A stretch of DNA of 64,000 nucleotides, from the NCBI GenBank assembly GCA_028534125.1, contig CM052825.1, forward strand, positions 310,001 to 374,000. The letters are read 5' to 3'. The translations under genes were made by a program, and so were the position numbers. This DNA comes from Lama glama (Eukaryota). Positions 12,301-25,199 of this stretch are shown here, one piece after another (the stretch's first letter is position 1; each line of letters starts with the position of its first letter). The notes under the pieces were generated by a model. That model did no database searches and had not been told where the DNA came from. It saw nothing but the letters and a program-made list of their open reading frames with translations.

Positions 12301-15300
12301 TTATGGAGAACATGGTGCCACAATGTGGCTACCGGCACTGAGAGCCCCTGCAGTGTCCTCGGTGGGAGGGGGGCCTGCCCGCATCCCCTGCCCCTTGCTG
12401 ACGGGTGGAACTTGGTCTGGCCAGCCCTGCTCAGAGCTGGGCCTGGACAAGCACGGAGCATAGGCCCTCCGCTGTCGGTGCCGATGAGACCGGCCAGGTC
12501 AGAGGTGAAGGCACCGCTCGGCTCCTGGTTCACGGGGCAGCGAGTCTTGCCACCTACCAGGCCAGCCTCGGACTCAATTCCCTGCCACTGGAGGCTGGCT
12601 GGCCTGTCTGGGCCGGGTTTCCCTAACTGCGCCAAGTAAACCGGACGTGACTGCCTCAGGGCATCGCTGCCGCCATGGCCTGGCCCCCACCCCCTCACAG
12701 GTGCTGCCCACTCTGGTCCCTTCTGTCCCTGCCACTCAGGGCTCCGTGGGAGCAGCCTGGGACCCTCTCCCACCTCCACCCGCAGGCCCCGCGGCCCGGA
12801 AGGAGCTGAGCTTCCTGAGTCTCCGGGCCGCTCCCCCACAGCACCAAGTCAACGGGAGTGCAGGCGCCGAGGGCTGGCGGAGCCGCGGACAAGATTCCCT
12901 TTCAGCCTGGGAGGGCGGCGCCCGCACAGTGTCCCTGCTATGCATTGAGCGCACGCCCGCATCCTGCAAGAATGGCGCGGATTGTTCATTATGCACGTTC
13001 TGTTACTGTAAGTTAACACAACGTGCTGTGTGTTGCCTCGGGTGTCAATGAGCTTAAAGAACAGTTCCCATTGGCAAAAAGGGTGCCCATCGGGGAAGAA
13101 TGGATTGCGTGAATCATGGAAGCAATTCTTACTGAATTCAATGACTCATTATCTCCATCATAACTGAGGCACAGAGCTGCCAATCTGCGGAAACGCCAGG
13201 CAGGTGACAACGGCGTGTTGTGGGGGAGAGGGTGGGGAGCACTGGCCCAGGTGTCGAGGGAGGGGAGTCGGCAGTTGGCCCAGTGGCCTGGGGCCTGTGT
13301 GCCCATTCCCGAGAGCCCCTACCAGCCCAGCGTGCCTGCACGGCTCCACCCTCCACCGCTGTCCGACCTGGCCCGACTGTGCGCTCAAGTTCCTGGAAGG
13401 GAGTCGGGCTGCAGGGCGTGCAGGGAGAAGAAACGCAGCTTCCACTCGGCAAGGCCCTCAGCAGTCAGGACAATACCCGCCCTTCCCACGGGGCAGGGGG
13501 GCACCGCCTGGCTCCGCCTCGGCCGTGGAGGGACGCCTGGGAGAGGCCGGCAAGCCCAGTTTCAGGGGTGCAGGGACGGCAGAGAACCCCCCGGAGAGTC
13601 CCCTCTGGTTTTCTCCAAGGGGTGCAGGGTCCAGGGCGGGGCAGTGACGACCCACCAACAGTCACGGTAACCGGCAACCGGGCACGACCGGGCGGCACCG
13701 GCTCCCTCACGGCGGTGCTCCCCCACGTGCCTGTGCTTTTGTGCAGCCCTCTCCGCATTGCTGTCGCTCACAGACGTCGACCTGCACTGTCCGGCTGTGC
13801 AGCGCAAGGAGCTTCCCACCACTCAGGCTGCAGCGCCGAACATCTGCAGGTGCCTTTCCCAGGGGACAGGAGAGGACCACACAATCCCAGCCCATCCTCC
13901 TGTGCTAAGCGTCCGAGTGCCGTTTAGCTCATCTGTTCTCACGGCCACGTAGCAGCTACAGTCCAGCGGGCGACGGATGCGTTCTAGTTTCAGCTGTGAT
14001 GCGGACCGCGGCCGTGAACCCTCGCAAGTGGGATTACATGCCCTCACTTCTCACAGGTGATGCCAGGGGTGGCACTGGCTGCCTTGTGGGCTATCTGTAC
14101 GGTTTGCTGAACACTGTTTCTCCTGGGTCGTGCCAAACTGCCCTCCCACTGAGTCACCACGGTGATGCGGGCCCAGGGATCCATGCTTGACGTGGGGAGT
14201 CTGGGAAGGCGTGCTGCGGCCTCCCCCCCACCCTTAGGGGAAGACAGAAGCCACCCGCCTCTGATGGCTACCAGGTGGGCGGGACACCACCATGCCCCCA
14301 GAGCGCACAGGGATCCCAGGGAACAGAGCACGCGGCCCAGCAGAGCCCTGGGAATCCCCAGGGTACGTCCCCAGAAAGCAGGCGGGCGGCGGCAGCCACA
14401 GAGCACGCCCAAGGGGGCCCGGAGGAGCCTATCCCCGCAGCGGGGAGGACCCCTTCCTCGCCGAGGCTCCAAGGCTGCCCTCTGAGGCATCAGAGAAAAC
14501 CATTGTGTGGAGCCAAGGTCAGGCCCAGAGCCGCCCCACCGGGCACAAAGGGCCATCCTTCTCGGGACACTGGCCTCTGTCACCACGGCCGCCGGGGGCC
14601 GGGCCCCACCCCAGCTGGCACGCAAAGGGGCTACTTCTTGCTTTGTTTTGCTTTTTGTTTTTTCTTCTTTAAAAAGAAAAACGGTGGGAGGCCCCCTGGG
14701 CCACACTGACGCCCCCGCTGCTGGCCGTGGTTTCTCCGGCTGAACGCAGAGCCCCCGTGCCTGCCAAGGGCCCAGTGCCCCACACGTTCTAGCTGTCAGG
14801 GCAGCAGGAGAAGGCAGGCGAGTGCCTGTTCACAGGGACTTTCCACCAGCTGTCAGCAATAAGCACACAAACAACCGTCACGAAAGGCGCCTGGGCCTGG
14901 AGAGAGCGGGAGGCAGGGTGTCCCTGAGGGCCACAGTCAAGATTTCACAGAGGACTTTCCAAGACGGTAATCTGAGTCCAGCTCTGAGGGGCCTGGGCAA
15001 AGAGAATTTGAGGTAGAGGGACAGGACGTGCAAAGGCCCTGAGGCGGGACTGGCCTCGGAGGGAACCGGAAGCAGCAGGACCAAACGGGGAGATGGCCTT
15101 CTCAGGACCACAGAAGGTTCCAGCAAGGCCGACATCGTGGGACTCACGTCTGGAACGTTCCCTTTGGTGCAGCCGGAGACCAGCTCGGGCGCGAGAGGGG
15201 ATCAGGGAGGGCGCGAGGGACATCCCAGAGACACAGTGTTCGACCAGGTTACTCGGCAGGTGGTGTGTGGACCAGGCACAGCATCCCCCAGGAACCTGCA

Positions 15301-16499
15301 GGAATCCGAGTTCACGCCCCCTGCCCTGCCCTCCTGAATCAGACCCCGGGGGGTGGGGCTCAGCCACCAGTGTCTCAGCAGGTGACTCTGACCCACACCC
15401 ACGCGGGACCAGACTTCAGATGGAGGTGGACACAATCACGGGACTGAGGGCACAGGAGCTGGTTCGTGAGCCCCAGAAGTGGCCTCGTGGTGGTGCTGCA
15501 TTTCTGTCAGCACAGGGGCTTCCGACGCAGACCACGGCCGCCAACGCCCAGGCAGGCGGGCAGCCAGGGACGCCACCAGGAGATGCGGGTGCCTCCCCGC
15601 TCCGCAGCTTGCCCCCACTCCCAGGGGCCTTCAGTTCAACCTCACTGCTGGGCAAGTGGAGACAGAATCAGTCACGGAGTACCCCCTTAGCAGCGTATCC
15701 CCCCAGCCGCCCCGCCTTCGGTTCTCACGCACCCCGGAGCCGCCAGGCAAGGAGGTAACTCAGGCGTGCTTTCCACTGTTGTTCTTGCTCCCAGAGGTGG
15801 TGAGGAAAAGCTAATGGCCCGTCTCCTCTGCCGCCCCAGGCTCCGGCCACAAAGACTGGGGGAAGCAGAACTGGTGAGCCAGGCACATCAGCCCCTCCCC
15901 GGGCAGCCGGCCAAGCCCCCCTGCCCTCTCCCTGCCCAGCTGGAGACCCTGCCTCCCGGGCCGCCCTCCCAGCCAGGTAAACATGGTCCTGAGCCTCAGT
16001 CCTCTTCAGCTCAAAACACCTGGAGGGTCAGTTTGTTTGGCCTTGCCTGAAGGGCAACCAAAGCACAGACTCCCCTCAGCCCCTGCCTGTGGTCCCCCGG
16101 CCACGTGCACCAGCCACACGGGTCAGCTTCCACTCCTGGATGGCGGGCCCCCGCCAGCTTCCTCTGTGGAGCCCACATCCTTCAAGCTCGTGGGCCGCCT
16201 CCCTCCCTCCCTCAGATGCCCACTCGCCAAGGTCACAGGAGGCAGGATTCCCGATCCACGTCCAGAGTGCCGTGCACTCCCTGGGCGACCTCATGCTCCC
16301 ATCCAGGACCCAGCGCCCTCGCTGAGCTGTCACACTGCCCGTGGTCATGTTACCACCGCCACGTGGTGGGGCTCCGGGCGCCCTGTCCTCCCGATTCCAG
16401 AGCAGCTTCTGGCCACAGTGGGTCCACCAGGACTTCAGCTGGGAACCAAGACACACCCCGTGGGTGAGACGCCGCAGGAAAGCTTCACTGCCAGCTTGG

Positions 16500-17040
16500 G
16501 GCCACAGCTGCCCCACACCCGGGCAGTGACCGGTCAACGGAGGGCGTCCTGAGAGCAGGACCAGACGCAGCAGACTCGGTACTTGCACACCCACGTCCAC
16601 CGCAGCACTGGTCACAGCGGCCTGGTGTGCGTGACGGGTGAGCGGACAGTGAGATGTGGTGTATCCGCGCAGTGGGATGCAATTCCGCTGGAAAAAGGAG
16701 GGAAGCCTGGCGCCTGCCGCGGCGTGGCTGGACCTTGAGGACACGGTGCTCAGCGACATAAGCCAGACACAGAGGAACAGGCACTGTGATCTCAGCTCTG
16801 TGAGGGCCCCGGAGTCAGAGTCACAGAGACAGGAAGCAGAGGGCGGGGGCCGGGGGCTGGTGGGGGAGTGAGTGTTTGATGGGGCAGCCTCAGTGGGAAG
16901 ACAGAAAGCTCTGGAGACGGACAAGCTGACAGCTGCACAACAGTGTGAATGTGCTTCGTGTGCCTGAGCCGAGCTCGCCAAGCGGCTGGGGTGGTAGCCT
17001 TTACGTCACGTGCACTCCACTAATGAAAAAACAAAAAGCA
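16500..17040 (+). mobile_element. L1MB-type LINE 3' end, strongly GC-shifted
   Basis: Collinear with recalled L1MB 3' end: gatgtggtgtatcc, ggaccttgaggacacggtgctcagcgacataagccagacacaga, ctgcacaacagtgtgaatgtgctt, A-rich tail. Confidence 0.85.
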
Positions 17041-19838
17041 GAACACCAGGCAAGCCAACCAACTGGCCGTGACCTGCGGGGACGGACGGCCTGGGGTGCC
17101 CAGTCCCTGGGCCCACCCCCTCTGGAGGCTGGAAACCGCCCTCCTCCAGGACATCTCGTGTGAAACAGGAGGGACCCCTGAGATAAGGCTGGGACCCCGG
17201 CAAGGAGGGTCGCGAAACACTGAAGATCTGGAAGGACAGGGGACAAGCTGCACTCCTGAGCCCGTCGAGCTGGCCGCTGGGCGTCCTTGTGAGTGGAAAT
17301 GCTATGTTCCACGAATAAAACAAATTGGGGGATATTTTTATACTTAGAAAAACGGATTATAGCTCTTGGCGATGCACACACCACGGCTGGCACCCTGAGT
17401 CTCTCTGGAAAACCGTAATTTAAAACAAGTTGGTGCTTTTGGCATCCGGTCACCTGGCTGTCCCCTCAAGGCACCATTGGTCAGAGGGCAGCGTCCAGCC
17501 CGCAGAAGGGGAGGCTCAAGGTGGCCACCTCCAAACCCCGCCCATTTAAAACCCGGGGCAGGGTCCTCTGAGGGGAGCCTGCGTCCTGGGGACTTCAGGG
17601 CAATGGTCACAGTCTCCTGTCCTCCCCTCATGAGACTGGTCCCTCACAATCGCCTGACAGTCCCTGCCCCATGCACGGCCAGGCCAACAGGTCCCTCCCT
17701 CAAGGGCGGTGTCAGGAACGAGCAAACAAAATGCAGCTCGAGGCCTCGGCGCAGCGGCAGCCTCTGCCCGGGGCGGCGCTGACACAGTCATCGTTACGAG
17801 GCGTCCCCGTAACTCGCCCCTTTTCACTCCAGACTCCTGACCAAGAGTCTCGCGATCCCTCTAAGTGTGGCCTTCACCCACACGGCTCCGGCCTGCGCGT
17901 TCGTCCTGCACTCAGCCGCCCACATCACAGGAGCTCCCTCCACAGGCCCCGCGCGCCCCGCCCACCGTCCGCCGGAAAACCTCATGAGACTGATGGAGGT
18001 GGTGGCCTTGAGAGGCATCAGAGGACCTGACCCATCTGGGGTCCAGCTGTCCGAATTCGAGACTGCAGCCAGGAAGCAGGAGCTCCCTGGGAGTCTCCTC
18101 GGCCACCTCCCCAGCACCTATGGACCCCAAGGGCCGGTCGTGTCCCCAAAAGTGTATTCTCGGGCCTTGTAAGTGCCCGGCACACAGCAAGTGCGCCGCT
18201 GACATCTGAGGAAGAAGACAAGCGGGATGGAGGGAGGGAGAGGTTGGAAGTGGTGACAGCAGAGGTACCAGGGTGCCGGAGGAGAGACCCGGATCTGAGC
18301 CCAGAACCGGCTGACCCCACACCTCCCGGGCCGGCTCTGCCCCGGCACCTCTGAACAGGGGGCTCGGGAGCAGCCGGTCCGAGGACAGTGCACCCTCACT
18401 GCCTTCTCTGCTTCCTTGGCTGGCGGTGTTTTCAACCTGAGGTGAGGCCAGCAGGAGACGACTGTGGGCTGGCGCCTGCCTTCCAAGCCTCACCACCCAC
18501 TTCTTCAGGGACGTGGCCACCCTGGGGCTGTCAGCTCCTGCCTCAGTTTCCTTCTCTGGTGGGAGACGGGAGCCACCCCGCCCCCAGGCCAGATCCAGGT
18601 CCGAGCTCAGGACAGAGAGAAACCTGGACTCCGTGTGCCCCTGACTCTGAGATCCACGGTTAAGTCCCTTCCTGGGCCATCAGCTCCAGAAATCGAGAGC
18701 CGCCTGCCCGGGTCCCAGAAAGCGGTGCCCTTGGTGGACGCAGAGGGGCTGCTGGGAAGTATGTGAGAAGACGCCCCGCCACGGGGCACCAGAGGCCAGG
18801 CCCTGGCGCCATCGCTGGGCAGACCCACTGAGTTCGCGTCGCCAGACGGCACAGAGGGCACGTACCGTGGTGAAGGTGGGGGGAGGGTGTGGAGGCTACC
18901 AAATGCCCCGTCCCCCCCTGTCCCTGGTGCTAGCGTCCCAGGCCTGGAGCTGAGTTGGGGGCCGGCCTGGATGCGTGGCCTGTGGGGCCCCTTGGTCGTG
19001 TCTTGCTGTGCGCTGTGACCTCAGCCGCCAAAGCGCTGGACAGACCCAGCCCCGCACTCAGGGCCTTCCAGTCCGACACGCCCAGAAATAGGCGTGGGGG
19101 GGTGGCCTGAGCGGAACCCGGGCACAGAGGAGACCTCGGGCTGAGATGCACCTGCTGCTGCCTCAGCCACGGAAGTGACGCTCGCAGACGCCAAAAGGAG
19201 AGGCAGGAGCTGGGGTTGGGGACGCGCCCAGGGCAGCGGGACGGTGGTGGCAGCACAGGCCAAAGCCGGGCATTCAGAGATGCCCACACAAGGGTCTGAG
19301 GAAGGCCAGTGCACGCAGGCCAGGTCTGAGGGCGGCCGCGGGGGCCCCAGGGGACAACGCAGCCACCCAAGTGGGCAGATAACTGAAAGAGGGCCCCCAA
19401 CTCCTGAGACAGGGGAGACAGCCGAATGGCGTCAGGAGACACAACATCCCGGGGATGGGCGGCAGGAGCTTCGGGTCCCAAGGACGAAGCCAGCTCCATG
19501 GTAAAGCCAGAGCCTCGGGGCCTGTAGACATGGGCAGAGCAAGCTCGCATGTCCTGGGCTCCCATCCAGGGCAGACCCAGTCACCAGGGCCCAGGGCCGC
19601 GGTCGGCGGGAGCAGGAGGCGGACAGCCGCGGAGCTGCGGCCACGCGGACACCGGCCAGCACGCATGCTGGGTTTGCACTGTGCTCGGGTGTGCTCACGC
19701 CATCTTTCACGTGAACTCTACCACTTTTCTGGATCGAGAAATTAGAAACGCATCACTCAGAAAGACATTTTCTCGACCTGAGCATGTGTTCTAGTAGAGG
19801 CAGGCACCGTTTTCCAAAAACGGTGGAGAGATACTTAC

Positions 19839-19885
19839 ATCCACCTCTCCTTGGTCAATTACATAGAAGTTGTCCCCTTCGTCCC
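19839..19885 (-). CDS. PRKAR1B: PRKAR1B exon 6 (47 nt), CNB-A
   Basis: Acceptor ttctcttcttgcag|GG, donor GAT|gtaagt. Translates (G)DEGDNFYVIDQGEVD; phase 1/0. Confidence 0.97.
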
Positions 19886-20348
19886 CTGCAAGAAGAGAAA
19901 AACAGGACATGTGATGCCGGCTGTGGACCACGGTGTCTTTGTTTTTCTGGTAATAAACTATCTTTCAACATTGCTTCCCAGACTTCTGCCAAGCAGTGCT
20001 AGGTCTCATCAGTATTTAAACAAGAGCTGCACGTGTGGAAGGTGCATGGCACGGTGACCTGACACCCGCAGTGGAATGGTCACTTCACCAGGCCAACGGT
20101 CGCTGCAGCATCTCCTGACCTCACCCTTCTGAAATCCACGCCCGGGACTTGGCACAGCTCACCAGTTTTTCTAATGACAAGAGGGTTGCGGACACACGTT
20201 AACACACATTAGCTTGTTACACTGGCTGTTCTGAAGCCTCGTTGGTGACTTTTCTCCAGGATGGACCCTGAGTCTTGTATGATGCATCCTCCAAGTGCCC
20301 GGCCAGCTCTGCCCGGTCGGCTCCGGCTCCGGAGCAGGAGGGGCGTAC

Positions 20349-20410
20349 CTTGCTGTATGACGGTCTCCCCGGCAATGTGGGTGACAGGGAACATGGCATC
20401 GAATATGTCG
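20349..20410 (-). CDS. PRKAR1B: PRKAR1B exon 5 (62 nt), CNB-A
   Basis: Acceptor ttttcttccag|C, donor G|gtacgc. Translates (S)DIFDAMFPVTHIAGETVIQQ(G); phase 2/1. Confidence 0.97.
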
Positions 20411-21842
20411 CTGGAAGAAAAAGCACAGGGTGCGGGAGCCGTGGCGGCAGAGCATGGCCTGCCCAGCAGGGAGAGGCAGCCCAGAAGAGGAGTAAAGACC
20501 CTCGTTGCCCCCCGCCCCTCACTCAAAGCCTCCGGATCGCTTCTGCGTCTGGGCAGGTGGCCGCCTGGGGCTCTACAAAAATGGGGTCACACCATACAGA
20601 GTCTGCTCACAGAACACAAGACAGATGGAGGCCGTTCCTCATGGCGGCAAATCCAGCCCAGGAGAATGCGGCTACCAGTCCTGACAACCCGTCTCGGCAT
20701 TTTCCCAGGGAGACATATACTGTCTAAGGCTGTGAGATGCCAGACACAGAAACAAGAAGACACCAGCCTCTAATCTGCGACCCAAGAGGCCGCCAAGGCC
20801 GCGTCCACCAGGCAGCGTGGCCACTTAGTTTCCCAAGACTGGGTGTGAAATGGGCCGTACGAGCAGGAGGGGAGGGAGTCGGGCGGAGCTGGGCGGGGGC
20901 GCCAGTCTCCCGTGCGGAAGGTGCACGTTGGTCGAGGGCCACGGTTGTCTCTTGGGGACACAACCAGGTGCGGGGTCAGGGATCGGCATCTCTATCCCAA
21001 AATGCAAGCACGTCTCCCCAAAAGAGAAGTCCCCCTGCCTGCTCCCCTGGGCCCCGTGACTGGGTGAGAAAAATGAGGCAAAATCGAGCAGCCTCCCCGA
21101 CCCGAGTGCTGCAGTCTGCCCCAAGGTGTGTGGGCCTGGCCCCGAGGCCGCAGTCTGAGCAGCGTCCTCTGTTCTGCAGCCACAGCCCGGCTCAGACGGG
21201 GACCTTGGCCACCGGTCAGGCAGCCTCCCGAAGACACGGGTCCACTTCCAAAACTAGAACTTTCCCTTCACACCAGGCTCTCTGACTGTCTCTGTGGAAC
21301 CAACGTTTTCAAATTCACATTCAAGGTGAGGTCTGACCCTGGGGTCAAACACCAACTTGATATGTTTCTGGAAGAAGTCACGCAGACAGAGCTGCCCCGT
21401 CCCACCTCGGGCTTGCCGTTCTCAGCCCGGCAGAAGAGGTCTGCGCGCTCGCCACGGCTGGCTCCGGCGATGCTGATGGTTTGGTTTTGTTTATTTTAAA
21501 TCTAAGCCTCACTGCCCAAGTGCCATTTAAAACAAGCCTACTTCTTGACTCGCAAGTAAATGTTTAGAACACGTCCTGCTGGTAAGTTACTTGTTTCATT
21601 CGACCTTGGAAACAAGACCATCAAGCCAGCGGCCTCGGCCGCTGGGCTTCCAGGCAGCCCCGACCTCAGGTGAGCACCAAAGCGTCTCTGAGAACAAAGC
21701 AAGAAGAGAACGGAGGCGGCCCCCCGACCCTGGGACGCACCACGGCCTGGGCTCCCGGTGACACAAGGCCCCTGGAGGGTCCGTGACTCCCAGACATCTT
21801 TCATGTTTTGTGGGCTGCCAGCATCTTAAACCTCAGGTGCAG

Positions 21843-22003
21843 GGGGGAGGGTACCGCTCAAGGGTAGAGCGCATGCTTAGCATGCACGAAGTCCTGGGTT
21901 CAATCCCCAGCACCTTCATTAAAAATAAACAAAAAATAACTAAATCTAACAACCTCCCCTCCAAACAAACCAAAAATAAATAAATGAAATTTTTAAAAAA
22001 ATG
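21843..22003 (+). mobile_element. tRNA-derived SINE (camelid vic-1-like) with target-site duplication
   Basis: gggggagggtaccgctcaagggtagagcgcatgcttagcatgcacgaagtcctgggttcaatccccagcacc (Pol III B box GGTTCAATCCC), A-rich tail, TSD ctcaggtgcag at 21832-21842 and 22004-22014. Confidence 0.93.
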
Positions 22004-22099
22004 CTCAGGTGCAGACGTGTGCCCTGAGTCGGGACGCGTGTGATCCGCTCCTGTCTATAACTTACTGCCCCTCCCTCCCTGCACACTGCTGCTGCGCTA

Positions 22100-22500
22100 A
22101 GATGTCGGACGTGCTTCCTGCTCGTTGTCTGCTTGCCCGTAAAAACCTTCTGTCTTGTCCTTTTGTTCAGGAGCGCATCTCGGCTCTGCTCGGGCTGCCG
22201 CTGTGGACGAGGGCTGCTCTCCTCCGTCTCTGTCCTCCCTCTCCGCGAAGCTTCTTGTTCCTACCTTGGCCCATCTCGATACAGGGCTGGAATCTTTCTC
22301 TCGTGGGTTTGCAGCAGCTCCTCCTGCATTTTGGACGTCGGCTGCTTGCTGGCTTTAGATACTGCAAACGCATCCACGCAGACAGGAACCTGCTGGTTAA
22401 CTTTCCCACGACGTCCTGAGTTAAGCAGACACCTCTTGTTCAATGGAATCTCGTTTCTGCTTTCATGGCTGTGCTGTCCCGGTCTTACGTGAGAAAGCGC
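22100..22500 (-). mobile_element. Old L1 ORF2 fragment
   Basis: gggtttgcagcagctcctcctgcattttggacgtc...gatactgcaaacgcatcc resembles antisense L1 gatttgtaggagttctttatatattctggatat...gtattgcaaatatctt. Confidence 0.55.
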
Positions 22501-22509
22501 TCCCCACCA

Positions 22510-22782
22510 GCAAGCCACAAGATGCTCTCCAGATCGCCTCTCACAGGCGGGAGGCGGGGGCCGAGATAAGGTGCCGGCCAAGCCCTTCCCGGTTCACGTG
22601 GCAGACAGGCGGGGAGCAGACTCCCTGGGGTCTCTTCTCAGCAGGGCACTAATTCCATCGTGGGGGCCCCACCCTCGTGACTTGATCTAAACCCCAGCAC
22701 TTCCCAAAGGCTCCACCTCCAAACACCACCACCCTGGGAGTGAGGGCTCGCACAGCTCTCGTGTGCAGACTCAGTCCATGAG
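22510..22782 (-). mobile_element. MLT1A-like MaLR solo LTR
   Basis: Minus strand ggtggtgtttggaggtggagcctttgggaag...cacgatggaattagtgccctgctgagaagagaccccagggag follows the MLT1 pattern. Confidence 0.8.
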
Positions 22783-22947
22783 GAAGGGGATCTGCTTTGT
22801 TCTTCCCCAGAGTGAGACAATTTTCCCAACGACGCCCCCCGATCACCCCAGCCTCACCCTGGCACACTCCATGGCACACGCTCTGTGGGTTTGCTGCAGG
22901 CTGATCTGTGTGTCCCCCCCAAATCCACGTGAAGGTCGTGCAAGGAG

Positions 22948-23100
22948 ATGGGAGGCTTCCTCTTGTTTTCTGTTTTCTGGAGCAGCTCATTAAAGTCAGG
23001 ATGGACGGTGTGCCGAAGTTTGGTGGAATCCACTCGTAAACCCTTCGGGACCTGGGCCTCTTTGGGAGAAGAGATCCTTGGTCACCATGTAGTGTTCTTA
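22948..23100 (-). mobile_element. Old L1 ORF2 fragment
   Basis: gaagtttggtggaatccactcgtaaacccttcgggacctgg resembles aatgtttggtagaattcaccagtgaagccatctgggcctgg. Confidence 0.65.
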
Positions 23101-24347
23101 GTGCTTACCGGACCCTCTGTGCACCAACACTGGCACTGTTTTCAAAGTTACCTCCCAACATTTAAAAATTGAGAGTGATAAATATTCAAATTTTGGATTT
23201 TTTTGGAGAAAAAAGGGGACGACCCAGCCACATGGGACCCCACACAGGGTCACAGAGCAGGAACTCAGCCCACTCTCCACCCGGCTGGGGGCCCAGGCTC
23301 TCTGTTGGCTGCAATTCCCACGTCACCTGAGTCCTGACGCCCAGCCTCTGTGTCTGCAGCCCTTGCCCGGGGGGCTCACTGTCCCATGGGATGGACGTGT
23401 GGGGCTGCATCACAAGGGGCAGGGGTCAGCCCTGTGACAAATGCCCCTTTGATGGCAACCCAGGGACCCTGTGCCACCCCTAAACTTGCCTGGAGGGACC
23501 CAGGAGCTGACTCTCCAAGGAGTTAACCCACCCGGGAAGCAGGCGTAGGATCAGGCCTGCACTCAGCACCGTGGGAGGTTAACCAGCATGACCATGCCCT
23601 TGGAACAGTCCCTGTCGGGGGCTACCAGGGTCATTCCTGCTGGTTCCAAACCCTGTGCACACAGCAGCTCCAAGCCCCTTCTCCCAGCCCCACTAAGATG
23701 CCCAGACTCATCTTGGGATCCCCGGGAATGATGCCAAAGGAGACTCCGCACCCCTGATCTCGGCCAGTCTCCTGATCTAGTTATGGCTTTTTTATTCTTT
23801 TATTGGCTTACATTTCTAATATGCTGCGGAACTGCTGCTGCAGGTGGCCTGAGAGGTAAACACCCCCTGCCCCACCCCTGCACAGAAACCTGCAGAGGCA
23901 AACAGGTCGGACCAGTTCTCAGAGCCAAGGCCACCCCAGTGCAGAAGACAGGCAGGGAGGGTGCCCACAGCCAATCAGAGCTGCATCTGCCCCCAGCACC
24001 TGACCCCCTCCCAAGATGGGGCGCAGTGTAGTGGGGGAGACCCCTGCACCACAGCCCCACATAAAACCTGCCCCCCCAACTCCAACCATCTATGAATATG
24101 GGGACAGGGGAGGAATTCTTGTGATTTTAAGCAAAAGCGCTGTGACAATGAGCACAGGACCACCTCCAGTCATGAAGGAATCAGACTGCATGAGCACTTC
24201 CAACAGTTCTGAGTTTCTACGTCTTTAAACGTCTTACTTTGAAAAATGTCAAACTTTCAGAAGCATGTTGGTGGTGGGATGTCAGAGCCAGGATGTGTGT
24301 TTATGCCCCAGGCTGGTGATCACATAGCAGACACTCCAGCCACAGGT

Positions 24348-24445
24348 CTGCACAGAGTGCACGCGTGTATGTCTGTGCATGTGTGCACGCTGTGTGCACG
24401 TGTGTGTGCATGTGTGCATTGTGCACAGTGTGTGCACGTGTGTTG
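24348..24445. repeat. Compound (TG)n/TGCA microsatellite
   Basis: tgcacgcgtgtatgtctgtgcatgtgtgcacgctgtgtgcacgtgtgtgtgcatgtgtgcattgtgcacagtgtgtgcacgtgtgt. Confidence 0.85.
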
Positions 24446-25199
24446 ACAGGGACCAGGAGGGAATTATGAATGATGGAAACATTAACAAAGAGGCCCCACG
24501 AAATGCAGCAAACGTGTCCAAGTGCTTCCTAACGTGTTTCCCAACTTCCAAACGATGCCCCAAAGGGTAAGTGCACCCGACATCCGTTCCTCCCCTTTAG
24601 AAACGGTTCTCAAAGCCCCGCCGCCTTTGCCTTGGAAGCGCGTCTCTCTGTTGCTGGTCTGCACTCACGGTCAGCGCTATTCACGTTCTGGGAACCAGCC
24701 TGGATCCGCGGGGAATACTCCAGCGCAATGGGCACCGCGGTGACATTCTGTTCTATGCTGCCTGTCACAGCCGGGGTGACAGAGGGGCTTCCGTCTGCTA
24801 GGAGCCGGCACCCCAGACAGTGTCCTGGTTCATGTTTAGACTTTTCCACTGTTTGGGTAAAAGCTCGCTACATTTCTCTATTGACGGCAAGTTTCCAAAT
24901 AATTCTCTTTAAACAGCAGTAACTCAGGCGTAGCTGTTTACTTGGGGGCGTGAGCCTGCCTGCTCCTCGCTGGAGCATTGCAAGCGTGGTGTTTACAAAT
25001 CCCCGGAGCCTCTGCCGCAGGGGACCTGGTGCCACCTCGTCCGTGGCTGGTTCCTCATCCGCGACGCCTGGCGCTGGAGAGAAGCACGCAAGCGCCCAGG
25101 ACCCTGCGGGGAGCGCGGCAGGGAGCCCAGGAGCGGTCCCGCTGAGCCCAGCACACCTGAGCACACCTGAGCAAACTGATACGATGAATCACACAGCGC

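Noticed and set aside
21843-21915. tRNA-Ala-like sequences (also 27318 and 58640-58706)
   Set aside because: Degenerate stems, AT-rich tails and TSDs show they are SINE heads, not tRNA genes.
23562-23582. RE1 site at ctcagcaccgtgggagg
   Set aside because: Left half only; the right half GGACAG is missing.
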